Assembly: GCA_964513225.1 (NCBI GenBank)
Contig: CAZEMD010000001.1
Location: 1 to 56,412, forward strand
Source: an uncultured Candidatus Bathyarchaeia archaeon
GTDB lineage: Archaea; Thermoproteota; Bathyarchaeia; TCS64
Direction of reading: 5' to 3'
DNA length: 56,412 bases
The translations under genes and the position numbers were made by a program. A model generated the notes under the pieces. That model ran no database searches and was not told the origin of the DNA. It was given only the letters and a program-made list of their open reading frames with translations. Below, piece by piece: positions 55,176 to 56,412 of this stretch (its first letter is position 1; each line of letters starts with the position of its first letter).

Positions 55176-56412
55176 ATGGACGCGCAGCTAATAGGCATGT
55201 CTCCCCTCGGGTGGTTCCTCGGGCTTGACCTGAAGTACCAGCTGGGCATAGCCGTGTTCATGTTCACGGTTGGGGCGTACGCGGTGCTGTTCATCCTCGG
55301 GAGGAGGTGGCGCCGCGAGTTCGAGGCGCGGGGCGTCACCTACTGGAGCGCCTCCAAGGAGGAGAGGATGGAGGAGCTTACCTCCGAGGTGTGGGAGCCT
55401 AGGAAGATCACGGTGCTCTACGGTCTGAGCTACTTCACCAACGGCTTCGTCCGGACCATCTTCAACCTCTGGGTGCCGGTGTTCCTGCTCGACGAGGTGG
55501 GGGTCGGCATCATCGAGGCCAGCGCCTTCATGGGGCTCCTCTTCGTCTCGTGGAGCTGGAAGATGTTCGTCGGGCTCGTCGCCGACGTCTTCCCCATCCG
55601 GTGGAGGGGACGGCTATACAAGCGGAAGCCCTGGTTCGCCGTCACCGGCGTCCTCTACCTGGCCGGCATAGTCATCATGGCGGTGAGCGACATCGAGACG
55701 GCTCCCGTCTGGAGCGCCCTGTTCCCGGCCTGCGTCTCCATAATCACGGCGGGGGCGTTCTACGACATGGCGGCCGACAGCTTCGCCATCGACGTGACGC
55801 CCCCAGAGTACCACGCCAGGGTGATAGGCGGCGTAAGCACCGCCGGCCAGAGCATAGGCGCCGCCCTCGCCACCGTTCTGCCGCTGTGGCTGCTCAACGT
55901 GGGCGGCTACAAGCTGGTGTTCGTGCTTGCCGGGTTCACCGGGCTGACTTCGTTCCTCTTCCTCACGGTGAAGGAGCCCGAGGTCAGGGAGGAGCGGGCG
56001 TTCAGCAGGGAGGCTGTGGCCTTCACGTATACCGAGCTCACGGTCGTCATCGCCGTGCTCATAATGTTCTTCAGGTCTTTCACCATGACCCGTATAACGT
56101 CTCCCCTCAACTCCATGTTCAGCATAGCCGTACGGGAGGCGATCCACGCGGACGTTGCACTCGTGAGCACCCTAGGCCTGGCAGCCACGGTGGCTGGGCT
56201 CGCCGGCTCGCTCATCGGCGGAAGCTTCGCGGATAAGTACGGCCACAAGAAGGCGTTCCTGATGGCTACCGCCGTCTTCGCGGGCGCGGGGCTCCTCTGG
56301 GTCACCCTGGCCCCCGACACAGCCATCGTGTGGATCGTCGTGGTGGTGATGGTCTCCAGCTTCATGGAGAGGTTCTGGACGGGCACCGTGTTCGCGATAA
56401 TGGCGGACGCGA
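55176..56412 (+). CDS. MFS-like transporter, partial (3-prime end outside the window)
   Basis: This frame is open from the ATG at 55176 to the window end and is not in the supplied track. My own translation, MDAQLIGMSPLGWFLGLDLKYQLGIAVFMF..., contains many hydrophobic segments. The tracked overlapping ORFs (55550-56236 + and 55614-56147 -) are Arg/Gly/His-rich artefacts. Confidence 0.65.
   Translation, partial: MDAQLIGMSPLGWFLGLDLKYQLGIAVFMFTVGAYAVLFILGRRWRREFEARGVTYWSASKEERMEELTSEVWEPRKITVLYGLSYFTNGFVRTIFNLWVPVFLLDEVGVGIIEASAFMGLLFVSWSWKMFVGLVADVFPIRWRGRLYKRKPWFAVTGVLYLAGIVIMAVSDIETAPVWSALFPACVSIITAGAFYDMAADSFAIDVTPPEYHARVIGGVSTAGQSIGAALATVLPLWLLNVGGYKLVFVLAGFTGLTSFLFLTVKEPEVREERAFSREAVAFTYTELTVVIAVLIMFFRSFTMTRITSPLNSMFSIAVREAIHADVALVSTLGLAATVAGLAGSLIGGSFADKYGHKKAFLMATAVFAGAGLLWVTLAPDTAIVWIVVVVMVSSFMERFWTGTVFAIMADA

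Overview
This is an archaeal chromosomal window. The evidence is two tandem TATA-binding-protein genes, AT-rich spacers with TATA-like boxes close to start codons, and heavy AGG/ATA codon use in otherwise GC-rich genes. I saw no rRNA, tRNA or CRISPR array.

Layout:
(1) 1-5089: a tightly overlapping shikimate-to-prephenate operon (aroB, aroD, aroE, aroK, aroA, aroC, chorismate mutase).
(2) 5.1-24 kb: an accessory-looking metabolic island. It holds four Zn-dependent alcohol dehydrogenases, two of which are about 1.1 kb outward-facing inverted paralogs bracketing about 12 kb. It also holds a GlmL/MutL-like ATPase pair, an FGGY sugar kinase, a DhnA-type class I aldolase, two divergently transcribed pairs of peptidase-U32 (UbiU/UbiV-like) proteins, an NTF2-like protein, and a four-gene membrane module with a small fifth protein.
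(3) 24.1-30.8 kb: an MFS gene plus three ChlI/ChlD-type AAA+ genes. The middle gene is an exact in-frame chimera created by a perfect 1083-bp-period tandem duplication.
(4) 30.9-33.2 kb: pgk and a class I (bacterial-type) gap.
(5) 33.7-37.4 kb: a decayed mobile-element region with an IS5-like transposase pseudogene, one intact ParB-like gene, one ParB pseudogene, one ParB fragment and ribbon-helix-helix remnants.
(6) 37.5-42.5 kb: glyA and a second, diverged copy of the membrane module.
(7) 42.7-56.4 kb: an M14 carboxypeptidase-like protein, MFS transporters, two tbp paralogs, a membrane-anchored serpin, an amidinotransferase-fold enzyme, a saccharopine-dehydrogenase-family enzyme and a HAD hydrolase.

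The best candidates for something undescribed are the duplicated five-protein membrane module, the paired U32 Fe-S hydroxylase-like heterodimers inside a sugar-type catabolic island, and the orphan membrane-anchored ChlI/ChlD-vWA cluster with its recent chimera. All functional calls rest on motif recognition by eye, with no database search.
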